A stretch of DNA of 64,000 nt from Nitrospirota bacterium (lineage in GTDB: Bacteria; Nitrospirota; UBA9217). The stretch lies in assembly GCA_963845065.1 (NCBI GenBank), contig CAWJQQ010000001.1, forward strand, positions 448,001 through 512,000, in the 5' to 3' direction. The notes under the pieces were generated by a model. The model saw nothing but the letters and a program-made list of their open reading frames with translations. It did not search any database and had not been told where the DNA came from. Both the position numbers and the translations under genes were made by a program. Positions 50,579 to 61,287 of the stretch are shown here, one piece after another. Position 1 is the stretch's first letter. Each line of letters opens with the position of its first letter.

Positions 50579-50681
50579 TCCTTTCCTCTCTTGAATCGGG
50601 TCCACACCTCCTCCTCTATACGCGCGCGATCATCAATAATTTCGAGAATGTTCCGCAAAATATACATGATTTAGGTTTTCC

Positions 50682-51707
50682 TCAGCCTGATATTTTTTGT
50701 TCCAAATCCTGCACCTGTTTCTCAAGATGGGCAATGTGTTTTCTTAGTTCCGGCAATTTCGGAAGAATTGCCTGCACCTTGAGCCAGTCTTTTTGCGGCA
50801 TGGAGTAAGTCCCGCCGATCATCTGGCCCGGCTCGATGTCTTTAATGATTCCGCTCTGGGCTGAAACCATCGTGCGGTCGCCGATACTGACATGGTCTGC
50901 TACGCCGACCTGACCTGCCAGAACAACAAAATCACCAAGCGTGCAGCTCCCGGAAATTCCCACCTGTGAGATCAGCATGCAGTGCTCTCCAATGGTCACA
51001 TTATGCGCGATTTGAACGAGGTTGTCGATTTTCGTTCCTTGTTTGATAACGGTAGTGCCGAGGGTTGCGCGATCGATAGCAGTGTTGGCGCCGATCTCCA
51101 CATCGTCGCCGATGATTACCCCGCCCACCTGCGGTATCTTGTGGTGTTTTCCGTCTTCCGTTGCATACCCGAACCCGTCGCTGCCGATAACCGCTCCCGC
51201 GTGGATGATCACGCGTTTGCCTACCCGTACGTCGTACCCGATATACACATTGGGGTAGACAACGCAGTCATCATCGACGACCGATCCCTTGCCAAGGTAT
51301 ACGCCGGGATAGAGGGTCACCCGGTCTCCAATCATTACATTGTCGCCAATCACGGCATAAGGATGAATAGAAGGTTCGACGCCGATAACCGAGTGCTGCC
51401 CAATGATTGCCTTGTCGCTTATGCCGATCGGTCGGGAGGACTTCACATGAAACAACTCGATTGCCCGCGCAAAGGCAAGCCGTGGATTTTTCACCCGAAG
51501 AAGAGGCAGCCGCAGTTTGGGAGTATCCGGAGGCGCGAATGCAGCCGATGCACCCGACTGTTCCAGTTGCCTAATATTATTTTCCCCGGTAATGAAGGTG
51601 ATATACCCAGCGCCCGCGTTGTTTAAGCCGGCTGCACCGATTATCTCGATGTCTCCCGGACCTTCCAACTCGGCATTGAGTTTGTTAGCAAGATCTTTGA
51701 GCTTCAT
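50682..51707 (-). CDS. lpxD: UDP-3-O-(3-hydroxyacyl)glucosamine N-acyltransferase
   Basis: NPRLAFA, hexapeptide repeats, [23 protein letters not shown]. Confidence 0.97.
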   Translation of the reverse strand: MKLKDLANKLNAELEGPGDIEIIGAAGLNNAGAGYITFITGENNIRQLEQSGASAAFAPPDTPKLRLPLLRVKNPRLAFARAIELFHVKSSRPIGISDKAIIGQHSVIGVEPSIHPYAVIGDNVMIGDRVTLYPGVYLGKGSVVDDDCVVYPNVYIGYDVRVGKRVIIHAGAVIGSDGFGYATEDGKHHKIPQVGGVIIGDDVEIGANTAIDRATLGTTVIKQGTKIDNLVQIAHNVTIGEHCMLISQVGISGSCTLGDFVVLAGQVGVADHVSIGDRTMVSAQSGIIKDIEPGQMIGGTYSMPQKDWLKVQAILPKLPELRKHIAHLEKQVQDLEQKISG

Positions 51708-51989
51708 GGCGTTTTTCCTCCCCGAAACAAGACGTTCTGTCCTGAGAGCTGGCTCCGTTTAACAAACGATTCAACGAACTTATCGAAGTCTAGATGTGAA
51801 GAACTATTCAAGTGCCTTGTCAAACAGTGGCCATATCCTTAACCTTGTAATAACATATAGCATTAGCCTCCGGGGAAATATTTCAAAGATACGATTCCGT
51901 ATGATTAGTTTTTACCTTTCTCATCCCGGACAGCATAACTTTTGTGCCTGAAATATCGTCATACAGGCCTCTGTACAGCGTATATAGTG

Positions 51990-52100
51990 TTTTTCCTAAG
52001 CTGAATACGCCGACCTCACGCTCGATGCCTGCCGTTGTAGGGCCGCGCACACCCTTTTCCCTGATGATCTTGAGCGCGCCACCTGCACAATCTGATCGTG
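51990..52100 (-). pseudogene. TetR-family HTH relic
   Basis: ALKIIREKGVRGPTTAGIEREVGV resembles the TetR N-terminal HTH; no intact frame. Confidence 0.5.
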
Positions 52101-52565
52101 CCGCACATCCCCGCTGCATTTTATCATCTTAACAGGTTTCGGCTTCACGAACCAGTCTCACCTGTTAGTAAATGTTTACTTCAGAGTGTACCATGAGAAG
52201 ACACCTTGTCAATTTTATTAATTCTTCCGTAATACTTATTGACTGTTCATGAGCTGCATAGTCAAGAACATAACCGTTTATTCCTCATATTTCGAGATAG
52301 GGGTTACACAAAGCATGTTTTATGTGAAACCTTAACGATCTGTATCCATAACATAGGTAAAAAAAAGGAAACCCTGACGGGCGATAGGAAGGGAATGCTG
52401 TTGCTGCAGTTACTTTTATGAAAATTTACTGTTTCGCATACATCATCGTAGACTGACAGTGATATCATCGTTTGCCGGCACCGGATTGATGCATCGTTGC
52501 GCATGAAGCACCACCTTTGAATAGAATTATTTAAAGACTTCTTGTTTGTAGATGCCGATAGACCG

Positions 52566-53492
52566 TTACCACCATCGCCAAAGTGCGATGACAAAGGTGA
52601 TGACAAACACGAGAATAAGGTTCATGTATGCAAAGAAATAGAAGAGTCGTAAGTGGAAAGGCCATTTCGGTTTTTCTCCTGAAGCGAGTAGTTTTCCAAC
52701 TTGCGGCATGGCGAGAATCTTGTCCTCTCCATGCGGAGCCGTCTTCAGGATGTCAGTCAGGTCGTTGCCCGCTGCGTGTTTTATAACATGCGACCCGTTC
52801 TTCCAGAGCCTGCTTTTTGTTACATTGTAGATGATCCCATTATAGGCAACGTATGCGGGCCGTCCATCTTTCCCATCAAACTGACTGAGGCCGTCAAGGC
52901 TACAGGTTTCGCTATCTATCGCAGGGACAAGAGACTTCTGTTTCCTTAATTTTGGACCGATAAATATGATGACGATGAGGGCGCTCGAAAGCATGACCAT
53001 GAACAGCAATATCTTGATGCCTAGGAGGATACCGAACCGCGTGGTGAAAAACATGTCCCACGACGATATCCTGGCAATGGTTAAGAGCGTTCCTGTTATT
53101 AGAAGCGTGACCATAGAAAGCCAGCCGAGCCTGAGCTCGCCCTTGGGGAGGCCCTTCGCGGCATACGCAGGCTTAAGCAAAATATGAACATACATAATCG
53201 TCCCGAACCATACAATGGCAGCGAGCATATGGAGGTATCCGATGATGAGACGGAAGATACGCTGGGTAATGACAAGGGGCCGGTAGAGACCTCTGGATCT
53301 CATCTCACTAAGGAATTGCTTTCCCTGCTCGGTGAGCGGACCGCCGCCATTCACATCGATATGACACCGCTTGCACTCGAACCCGGTCTGGCGTGCATAC
53401 TCTGGAGTGGCAGAAGCATGTCTGGGAAAAAGGGCGAGCATACCGAGAAGGCACATGAGCATAAAACAACTGATTAGTTTTCTATCTCGCAT
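52566..53492 (-). CDS. Membrane protein: CxxCH heme motif + CopD-like TM region + cytochrome b5-like domain; start uncertain
   Basis: Signal peptide, TPEYARQTGFECKRCH, HMLAAIVWFG, FDGKDGRPAYVAYNGIIYNVT..WKNGSH..HAAGNDLT..APHG. Confidence 0.85.
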   Translation of the reverse strand: MRDRKLISCFMLMCLLGMLALFPRHASATPEYARQTGFECKRCHIDVNGGGPLTEQGKQFLSEMRSRGLYRPLVITQRIFRLIIGYLHMLAAIVWFGTIMYVHILLKPAYAAKGLPKGELRLGWLSMVTLLITGTLLTIARISSWDMFFTTRFGILLGIKILLFMVMLSSALIVIIFIGPKLRKQKSLVPAIDSETCSLDGLSQFDGKDGRPAYVAYNGIIYNVTKSRLWKNGSHVIKHAAGNDLTDILKTAPHGEDKILAMPQVGKLLASGEKPKWPFHLRLFYFFAYMNLILVFVITFVIALWRWW

Positions 53493-53992
53493 ATTTACCA
53501 TGAATGTAATTATAATAAAACCGAGCGCACTTGTACACTTCATAAATTAAGAGAAAGTCATCATGAAACAATGTTTGAAGATCGGCTCAAGTCTGTCACA
53601 GAGTTTGTCGTTGCCAGCTCTCCTGCTAAGTTGATTATTTGTACTTTATGATTGAAACCGTAGTGGCATCATCTCAAGATGCTGTGACAAAATTGCACAT
53701 GAACCTCTATGTGCAAGATGTTTTGCAACAAGAGGTTCATTATATAAAATTAACGATTTCTAGATGAGTTCTCTGTATTCCCAAAAATAGAAACTATATA
53801 AGAAACATCTATTACTAAATAGGTTTCAAAAGGGTGTCACTGGAGCGATTAAGGGTTAAATTATGCATGCTAGAAATGATTTGACCGGGGTCTAGAATAC
53901 ACATTCTGAGAAATCAAAGCTGAATGGTACTCGCGGCAGGAAGTGTAGTTAACAGCTGTTTTCAAGTGGCATTGCCGCAGCCGGGCGGAGCG

Positions 53993-54631
53993 CTAGGCCC
54001 GGTCTTTTAACTCTAGAAACGATTTCTGCCATGATTGCGAAAGTGCAGGAACCGCGAGAACCTTCTCGATTCCTTCGCGATTTTTCCGATCGGAATGATA
54101 GATGCGATTGGCAAATGCGATCGATATCCGGCGTGGATCCTGTTCAGCTAGCAAGAAACCGTCACCGGCTTTTACCATTCCCCCTTCAAGCACCCTGACA
54201 TAGAAACCCGTTCGGCCGGAATCAACGACAAGCTTCACGAAATCCTCCCTGCCGTACCGGGCAGCAAGCGTTGAGCAGGGCTGGCGCGGCTGGCTCACCT
54301 GCACCGTTGCCATGCCTGCACAATAGATGTCACCGATGCAGACATCATCCTCTTTCATGCCCGTCACGGAGAAATTCTCGCCAAATGCCGCATCAGGCAT
54401 TTTTCTCCCGAGTATCTTTTCCCAATACTCGTAGTGCTCGATGGCGTATACACAAATGGCCTTGTCGCTTCCGCCATGGTTTTTCAGATCGCCCACGCCG
54501 TCTCCTTCAAAGCCCTGTTTTGTCAGCACAAGAGGGATGGTAACCGGTTTTTTGCATATGCCCGTTAAAAATTCCTTACCGTGAAACAGCTCCTTCATCG
54601 GGAGACCGATGTTCAGTATCTGTATGATCAT
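53993..54631 (-). CDS. MOSC domain protein (YiiM-like, with 3-alpha tail)
   Basis: GD..DLKNHGG..KAI, FGENF, VSQPRQPC, GRTGFYVRVL. Confidence 0.92.
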   Translation of the reverse strand: MIIQILNIGLPMKELFHGKEFLTGICKKPVTIPLVLTKQGFEGDGVGDLKNHGGSDKAICVYAIEHYEYWEKILGRKMPDAAFGENFSVTGMKEDDVCIGDIYCAGMATVQVSQPRQPCSTLAARYGREDFVKLVVDSGRTGFYVRVLEGGMVKAGDGFLLAEQDPRRISIAFANRIYHSDRKNREGIEKVLAVPALSQSWQKSFLELKDRA

Positions 54632-54850
54632 GAAAGAATTCCTTTCAGGGGATTTTCTATTCTTGAGAAGCCGAGCCGCGATCAACACCAGATGCGAAAT
54701 GATTGCCGGCCATTCTTTTACCAGATGGTTGAATTTCTTAAGAAGAGAATTTTCCTCAGTTTGTATCTTATCTTTAAGTGTCACGAAAAGTAACTTGAAG
54801 TCTCCTGAGAAATCTGATTCATCCCCTCTGCAGCATCGCTATAAAATAGT

Positions 54851-54996
54851 AGACACTAGTGGAATCGACGGCAATAGAGTAGGGATCATTCGTTCCTGAG
54901 GCGAGGGTCGTCGCAGTCCCTCCGTTTATCCCTACCTTACCTTCCTTATGCCAATGTAATCAACCCAGGAGACACTGGTGGAATCGACGGCAATAG
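54851..54996. repeat. Pair of 27-bp direct repeats (54851-54877 and 54970-54996)
   Basis: AGACACT(A/G)GTGGAATCGACGGCAATAG, one mismatch. Confidence 0.85.
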
Positions 54997-54999
54997 CAC

Positions 55000-55443
55000 T
55001 CAATCTATTTGATCTCTTCCTGCAATAAATTTGCCCATGAAATACTTCTTGCGAATATGCCCGGTTTCTTCATCAATCCAGCATTCAAGCCCAACTTTCT
55101 TGATACGACAGAGATTGTACAATTTCATATTGTGCGGGTATATTGCAGCCTTGACAGCAATTGGCGCCAAGAAAGCACATGGAAATTCATCGCAGCCACA
55201 GCAGATATTCACACCTTTGGCCTTCACACAATTAAGAGTCTCACGACCTTCTGGTGACAAATGAAAATGCTTCCCATCTTGCTGATGACAACCCTTGCAT
55301 GCTATTTCATCCCTTGCCACGCCTAATTTATTGTGAATCAACTCGGCGTACTCATTAGTCAAATTCTCTTTGTAGATATCATAATTGAAACAATCGAGAC
55401 CACACGGCGCTGTTAAGGATGGACTGTTGACTGCATACTTCAA
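55000..55443 (-). CDS. DUF3795-like Cys-rich protein (possibly decaying)
   Basis: APCGLDCFNY, CKGC, CVKAKGVNICCGCDEFPC; some expected cysteines appear substituted. Confidence 0.75.
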   Translation of the reverse strand: MKYAVNSPSLTAPCGLDCFNYDIYKENLTNEYAELIHNKLGVARDEIACKGCHQQDGKHFHLSPEGRETLNCVKAKGVNICCGCDEFPCAFLAPIAVKAAIYPHNMKLYNLCRIKKVGLECWIDEETGHIRKKYFMGKFIAGRDQID

Positions 55444-55674
55444 ACGATATTCATCTCTTTTTCACAGACCTTGTCGATCCGAACAAGACCTACAAGCCTG
55501 CAATGATAACTGATAATAGGAGTTGCAAAATACCAGTAGAAACTTGCACACTAACCCATGAGTTGAGGGTGGCAGTTTTTTCGCCGCGTTCCCCTCGGGA
55601 CGACTTATTAAACGAATTTACTCTTCCCTAGCGATAGCAAAGTTTGAACGATTTTTGGAAATGTTTCTGTTAAC

Positions 55675-55986
55675 TCAATCGAGGATAACAGCATCACCGT
55701 ATGCCACAACGTAAGTGACTTCCCACTGAGAACCATGTTCTTGGTATGAACCGGCCATAACCCGCACGTTTACAACGGCGTTAGCTCCTTTCTTTTTTGC
55801 ATTGGCCAATAGTCCTTCAAAAATTTCTTCGCAGAGCTTTGGCATATCACCAGCGATTCCTTTTTGGGTATACTCGATAAGCCCTAAATCTCGTGAAATA
55901 TTTTTCCCAGGGATCTCGTGCATTGTATAGCATCCTTCAATAAAACCGCTGCTATGATTCGAACCACCCATACCAAATAACCCCAT
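55675..55986 (-). CDS. YbjQ/UPF0145-like heavy-metal-binding domain protein
   Basis: IPGKNI..LGLI, AKKKGANAVVNVR, VAYGDAV; AAGGAGG RBS. Confidence 0.82.
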   Translation of the reverse strand: MGLFGMGGSNHSSGFIEGCYTMHEIPGKNISRDLGLIEYTQKGIAGDMPKLCEEIFEGLLANAKKKGANAVVNVRVMAGSYQEHGSQWEVTYVVAYGDAVILD

Positions 55987-56200
55987 AGGGCCTCCTTAGT
56001 TTAGCCAATTATTGAATTAGTAGTATTCAAACGACGCGACAGTGCAGGTTTCAGAGGAAGGTACATGCACTGCACGTTGCAATCGAAATTCTTTAACTAT
56101 ATTTAAAACTAGTCCCTATGTCGAGTACCTAGTTCAGTAGTTTTGTGTAGACGAAAGTGTAATCGCTTACGAATTGTAACTTGATGCTCAGGACAAAACC

Positions 56201-56923
56201 CTACTCCACAAAGCGAGTAGCACCATCGGAGAAGGTGATTGTGGTTGTAAGCGGTTCTTTAGAGTCAGCCTGATAGTCATATTCCGTCCTCACCAGCTCA
56301 TGCCGGGTATCATCGGCCTTGTACATACGAGTCAAAGTGAGTCGGTCATGGGCATCATAGGCATACGTAGTATAAGCGACGACCTGTTCCTGCTTTCCAA
56401 TGACTACCTTGCCCACCTCTTCGGCGGTCGTTCGTATGCCATCCGCGACGCCGATTATGAAACCGCCGGCGGTACCTACTACCACCGGTGCGAAAACGAA
56501 TGCAAGAATAATGACGCCTTCACCGCGGCCGCCGCCTCCACCTTGTAACAGTTGTGATGTCATATCAGCAGTTACCGCAGTGACCCGGGCGCCCCCCTGG
56601 AACCCCTTCCCGGTCCACTGATAAACTACCTTAAGGGGTTTGGTGAAGTCGCTTTCAGATCCGACCACAACAATGTCGAATGATGTCGTTGGTTGCCCAT
56701 TCATGAGTTGTACTATCGTGAAGCGATCCCCAGCACGATCTGGCCGCTTGTCCAATTGAGTCAAAAACTCGGGCAGGCCCTTGGGATTGTATTCTATTTG
56801 ACGTACTAGGATCTCCCTGCATCGTGTTACAGCACGCTGGTCAATAATATTGATGTGCTTGGTCGCGCACCCAGCAGCGATCAGTGATAAACAAAAAAAG
56901 AGTACCAATGGTCTATATATCAT
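56201..56923 (-). CDS. Hypothetical lipoprotein
   Basis: Lipobox-like AAGC; 240-aa ORF. Confidence 0.72.
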   Translation of the reverse strand: MIYRPLVLFFCLSLIAAGCATKHINIIDQRAVTRCREILVRQIEYNPKGLPEFLTQLDKRPDRAGDRFTIVQLMNGQPTTSFDIVVVGSESDFTKPLKVVYQWTGKGFQGGARVTAVTADMTSQLLQGGGGGRGEGVIILAFVFAPVVVGTAGGFIIGVADGIRTTAEEVGKVVIGKQEQVVAYTTYAYDAHDRLTLTRMYKADDTRHELVRTEYDYQADSKEPLTTTITFSDGATRFVE

Positions 56924-57339
56924 AGTGAACTCGCATGGTCTGATGGATTGATCAGAGAGTGCATAGCGTAAGTGGCAGATCGTTTAGAGCATATTAAAAC
57001 CTGTCCTACGTGATTCGAATGAACGTTAACCAGTTGTTGTGAATAGCATTTTGCGATATTAGCTGATTGAGCTATGAACATCCCTCACTATTTTCAGTAT
57101 TACAGACGAATATATGCCTGATTCAAGTTTATGTCAATGTCGTCGAATGGGTATGTCGAGTGGGTATCTTATGGGGTATAACAATAACGAATTCTGTTTC
57201 AAGTAAGCCGCTCCGCGGTAGAAAAGCAAAGATCGCTTTAATCACCCCTCCCAGCTTCGTCTGATGTTTTCTAAATATTTTCCATGCTATCATGCATCTC
57301 CAAAGCAGTTCAATCTTATTGCGCAAGGAGAGTATGGTC

Positions 57340-57650
57340 ATGGAAAACTGGAACGAGAAGCTCATCAATGCCCGGCAACTGAACGACAAATCCGAACGAA
57401 CGCAGGCAAACTACATCTGCACAGTACAGATCCTCACCGAGCATTGTGGCAAGACCCCCGATCTCATCACCGAAGAAGAACTTCAAGAGTATTTCCTCCA
57501 TCGCAGAAATGTCAGCCAATGGGCGCCCAACACCATGAAGAGCTGCTATGCCGGGTGCCGCTTCTTCTTTGAGAACGTTCTCAATCGTGACTGGCACATC
57601 TTCAAAATCGCCCGGGCAAAGGCCGAACACCGGATGCCGACGGTGCTCAC
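57340..57650 (+). pseudogene. Tyrosine-integrase N-terminal (SAM-like) fragment; catalytic domain deleted
   Basis: AAGGAG RBS; SERTQANY..PDLITEEELQEYFLHR..RFFFENVL..MPTVLT, then similarity is lost. Confidence 0.8.
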
Positions 57651-58180
57651 TATCTCCGTGTGTATTATCTGCAGGAGTAAAGTACCTGTGCGCCCATTCA
57701 AAGGTAAAAGAGCTCGTGCAAGCTTATGCGCGTGATCATGATACCAAACGGTTTGGCAAGAATCTGACTGGAAGATGCTTCTGTAACACACAACCTCTGC
57801 AATTCCAATCTTCGCAAAAACCACCTATCGAAGCTTTACCCTATATATAGAAGGTTTATCGGCCATCGTCCTGCCGCTTAGGGTTCTTGAACCTTGGATT
57901 GATACGACGTAAAGATGTCGTCTCAATTCTTATAGGATGTTGGGTGTGCCGCATGCTTCAATATGAAATCTGTGCTTCCGCTAATATTATATGAAACTCA
58001 ACATCACCTACAGGTCTGCACTGCCTATATTGCGACAAGGGCAATGAATACCACTTGTATCACGCAAGCCAAAAATTCACCACTTTTGGCTTGATCAGTT
58101 TTTGGGGACCCTCACAACACCATCAGGCCGACTCTTGGGGTGGTACAGATTTCAGGGGTAGGGTCAGAGATGAAATCTTA

Positions 58181-59708
58181 GATCAGGTCAAGTTTTTAGT
58201 TGAAATTAGTTGAGTGGCCCGCGCTCCCTTCGGCTAAGGCTTTTTATCGATTCAACGGTGTAAAGCATCGTTGTGTATAAAATCGGATTCGTAGGATCGC
58301 CATATTTGAGTTTTCTGAGGCCGAGCCATACCTAACCATCCCTCCTTATGCAGCCTTTTTGACCGTTAGGTCATTTATTTCGTCCGCCTCGATCCGTTTC
58401 ATCACGTCCGCGATGAAGGCGTGACCCTTGATCTTCCTGAATCCTTGTTCAGCATATAAAAGAACAGAAGCGAGCCAGCGCTGCATCATCTTGCTGTCGC
58501 GATAGTGCTTTATATTGCCCTCTGCTTTTCTCACCGTAGAAAACATGCTCTCAATAGGATTGGTAGAATGCAAGGTATTCCGCAAGAGAGCGGGAACCTT
58601 CAACCGGTGAAGGGTGAGAATGTCTTCTATCGCTTCCATGAGCGAATCAGCCGCCGACTCATTGATGCCCCGAAGCCATTTCTCCATGTCCAGAAGCATC
58701 TGACGAGCATCTGCGTAATTATTCTGCTCCAGGGCAGTTCGGAACCTCCTGTGTGCGTCTTTCCGGTATTTCTTCGGCAAATGATGCTGTATATTGCGGT
58801 CCTTGTGGATCGTGCACCGCTGATGGATCAATTTCTTGCCGAAGCGATCCCGGAGAGCTTTGATTACGCCTCTGCCACCATCGGTGACCCAGATGATTCG
58901 TCGTGATAGTGTCAGACCCCGCCGTTCCATATCGGAAAACAGTTCTTCGCACAATTCATGGTTCTCCGTCGCCCCCTGCCAGAATCCCAATGTCTGCTTC
59001 GTTCCAGCACTATCGAGCCCCAGCGCCACGATGAATGCCTCTCCGCCGCGGTGAACAGTGTCTAAAAAGACTGCAAAGGGGACGAATGACGTGAGTGACC
59101 GTTCCTTAAACTCCTGAAGCTGTTTTGCTGTTGCCGCGACGATATGGCTCGACACCGTGCTGGCAGATACGCCAAATGCTTGCGCCGTATCTACAACCGT
59201 CTCCGCATACTTCCGGCATGATATGCCACGGAGTACCTTTCCAAGCAATTCTTCTGAGAAACCTTCCGGTTTTTTCAACTTCTGATAACTCTGAAGCGCA
59301 ATCTCACCAGCCGGACCTCGAAGCCGAGGGTGGGTCACTGGGATCTTCTGATCTCCGATATAGACGGAACCGCCCTGGCTTGCCCACTTCCACAGGTCAG
59401 GACTGGTGGGCTGGTAGTCTGGCCCGGCAATCTCCTCACGCTCGATGTACATGATCGTCTCCGCCATCAGTCGGCCCATTTCCTTCATGCATTCATCAAA
59501 ACCCTGTTTACCTTTTGCGAAGACATAATACATCTGTTCAATGATCTCCTGCCTTCCATATGCCTCTTCAATTCCTCGTATTGCCTTTTTCCTCTTCCTT
59601 GTGGTATCCTTCATCGAGTGGCTCCTTTCTTTGTTTCTCTCTCTCTACCGTGGATTATGCCACGGGGGAGCCACTCTTTTCAATTTCAACTAAAAACAGT
59701 ATAACCTC
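58181..59708 (-). mobile_element. IS256-family insertion sequence, complete
   Basis: Terminal inverted repeats with core GTTTTTAGTTGAAATT..GAGTGGC; 8-bp target duplication AAATCTTA at 58173-58180 and 59709-59716. Confidence 0.93.
58346..59614 (-). CDS. IS256-family (Mutator-like) DDE transposase
   Basis: VFLD, VTDGGRG, QRCTIHK, STNPIES. Confidence 0.95.
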   Translation of the reverse strand: MKDTTRKRKKAIRGIEEAYGRQEIIEQMYYVFAKGKQGFDECMKEMGRLMAETIMYIEREEIAGPDYQPTSPDLWKWASQGGSVYIGDQKIPVTHPRLRGPAGEIALQSYQKLKKPEGFSEELLGKVLRGISCRKYAETVVDTAQAFGVSASTVSSHIVAATAKQLQEFKERSLTSFVPFAVFLDTVHRGGEAFIVALGLDSAGTKQTLGFWQGATENHELCEELFSDMERRGLTLSRRIIWVTDGGRGVIKALRDRFGKKLIHQRCTIHKDRNIQHHLPKKYRKDAHRRFRTALEQNNYADARQMLLDMEKWLRGINESAADSLMEAIEDILTLHRLKVPALLRNTLHSTNPIESMFSTVRKAEGNIKHYRDSKMMQRWLASVLLYAEQGFRKIKGHAFIADVMKRIEADEINDLTVKKAA

Positions 59709-59915
59709 AAATCTTAAAAGTTACTCAGCCAATCCTAGAACTATAAAAATACTCCGTACATTTACTAAAATATGTTGACTTTAACATAAATTATTGTTAA
59801 ATTGCTCGTAAGAGCGCCTTACTTTGGTAAATATATTATTAATCATTCAGTCTTTAGGATGCGGCTCTTGAGAGGGATTTTTTTATCACAGAAGGTCCTT
59901 TATTAGGAGGCGAGT

Positions 59916-60302
59916 ATGACGACCTACGGTCCTAACAAACGTTCCGTGAATCGACCGATCCGTGAGTTCCAAATCACTGTTAACGATTCTGATAGTCAGG
60001 TTTATACACTAGATTTCTCTCCCCATGGTCTGCGCATAGGTGGAGCAAAGCTTAAACTTCTCGTGGGAGAACGTGTGAAGATTACGGCTAAACAGGGCGA
60101 CAAAATTTATAATTTTAACGGTCAAGTAAAACGTAACGATGGATTGTTGCCCATCAGACGAATTGGCAGGTCGGTGAATATATTCTATGTGATGGCAAGC
60201 GGTTCAACATATCAGGATTTTTTTTGCGCAATGATACAGAACAATATCACTAACTGCGGCACTATCGATAAGTTAGATGGGGACAAGGGGCCGAGTATTT
60301 AA
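59916..60302 (+). CDS. PilZ-domain protein
   Basis: KRSVNR (RxxxR) and DFSPHG (D/NxSxxG); AGGAGG RBS. Confidence 0.75.
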   Translation: MTTYGPNKRSVNRPIREFQITVNDSDSQVYTLDFSPHGLRIGGAKLKLLVGERVKITAKQGDKIYNFNGQVKRNDGLLPIRRIGRSVNIFYVMASGSTYQDFFCAMIQNNITNCGTIDKLDGDKGPSI

Positions 60303-60343
60303 AAAAAACCATATGCTCAAAATATTTCCCTGCGAAACCTAAA

Positions 60344-60880
60344 TGAACCTACACGCAGCAAGCTGCGTGGCATCCTAAAAAACCTAAATCAACTTCAACT
60401 GCTTTAGTTCTTCTCTCGGTTTGCCTTATGATACGATATAACGATCAACGCCTCCCCAATCGCCGTGCTCGCCTACTGTATCCGCACAATATCCATCGGG
60501 CCAAAACTCCCCGCCCCACAACTCCTTTTTTACTGCTGGTTTTCGTTTGAATATCTCGCGGGCGATAATACTCTTGAATATTTGGACTATCCTGTCTGCG
60601 GCAATTTTGGGATGCGCACCACATAACAGATGAATATGATCATTATCCATGCTTATCCGCTCTATCTCTACTTCAAATCGCGCTTGTATCCCTATCGCGG
60701 TCTCTCTGATTATCTCTACGACGTCTTTATCCAACAACGCCTTCCGATATTTTACTGGAAACACAATATGGTAGTGTATTGACCACGTACAATGATATCT
60801 TTGTTTACCTCAGTTCGTTCATGCTCCGAGCTTAACACATCAGGTGACTCGGTAGCAAGCTACGGGAAATTGCAAGTTCA
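60344..60880 (-). mobile_element. tnpA: Degenerate IS200-type element; tnpA (Y1 HUH) pseudogene at about 60384-60822
   Basis: HYHIVFPVKYR, DHIHLL, LWGGEFW, RYIVS* (stop at the conserved Gln) and a 5' frameshift; hairpins at both ends. Confidence 0.88.
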
Positions 60881-61287
60881 AGGATCCCAAGAATTAAATG
60901 ACAGATACCTCGAAGTATTCTTGAAGCAATTGGACCGAAAGTTTTGTGCCATCCTGCGTTAGCGCCATGGATTTTGCTTTCCATTAGGATTACTTATTTA
61001 TCCCTTTTCGCAAGGGCGGTCCATCGTGCTCCAATCAAAACGCTCCCATATGCGACAATCATAATTATCTTTTGTAGCGACGAGGTATAAAAGTGCCCGT
61101 ATCAGCGCATCGACTTTATAACCCATCTTCAAGCATTACGGAAGACATATTATCTGTTTCTAGGGATAGAAACTCGAGCGCTTTCAGTATGAGATAGCAG
61201 ATGTAATGTTGCGCTAATGAAGGTTGACGGGTAGGTCGGAAGCGGATACACTTATTAATAACAGTGCTTTTTGTTCAGGAGGGTCTC

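Noticed and set aside
54851..54996. Possible mini CRISPR array
   Set aside because: Only two repeats, a 92-bp spacer, no palindrome and no cas genes
58090..58166. IS3-type terminal remnants
   Set aside because: Short resemblance only, with no partner end or transposase
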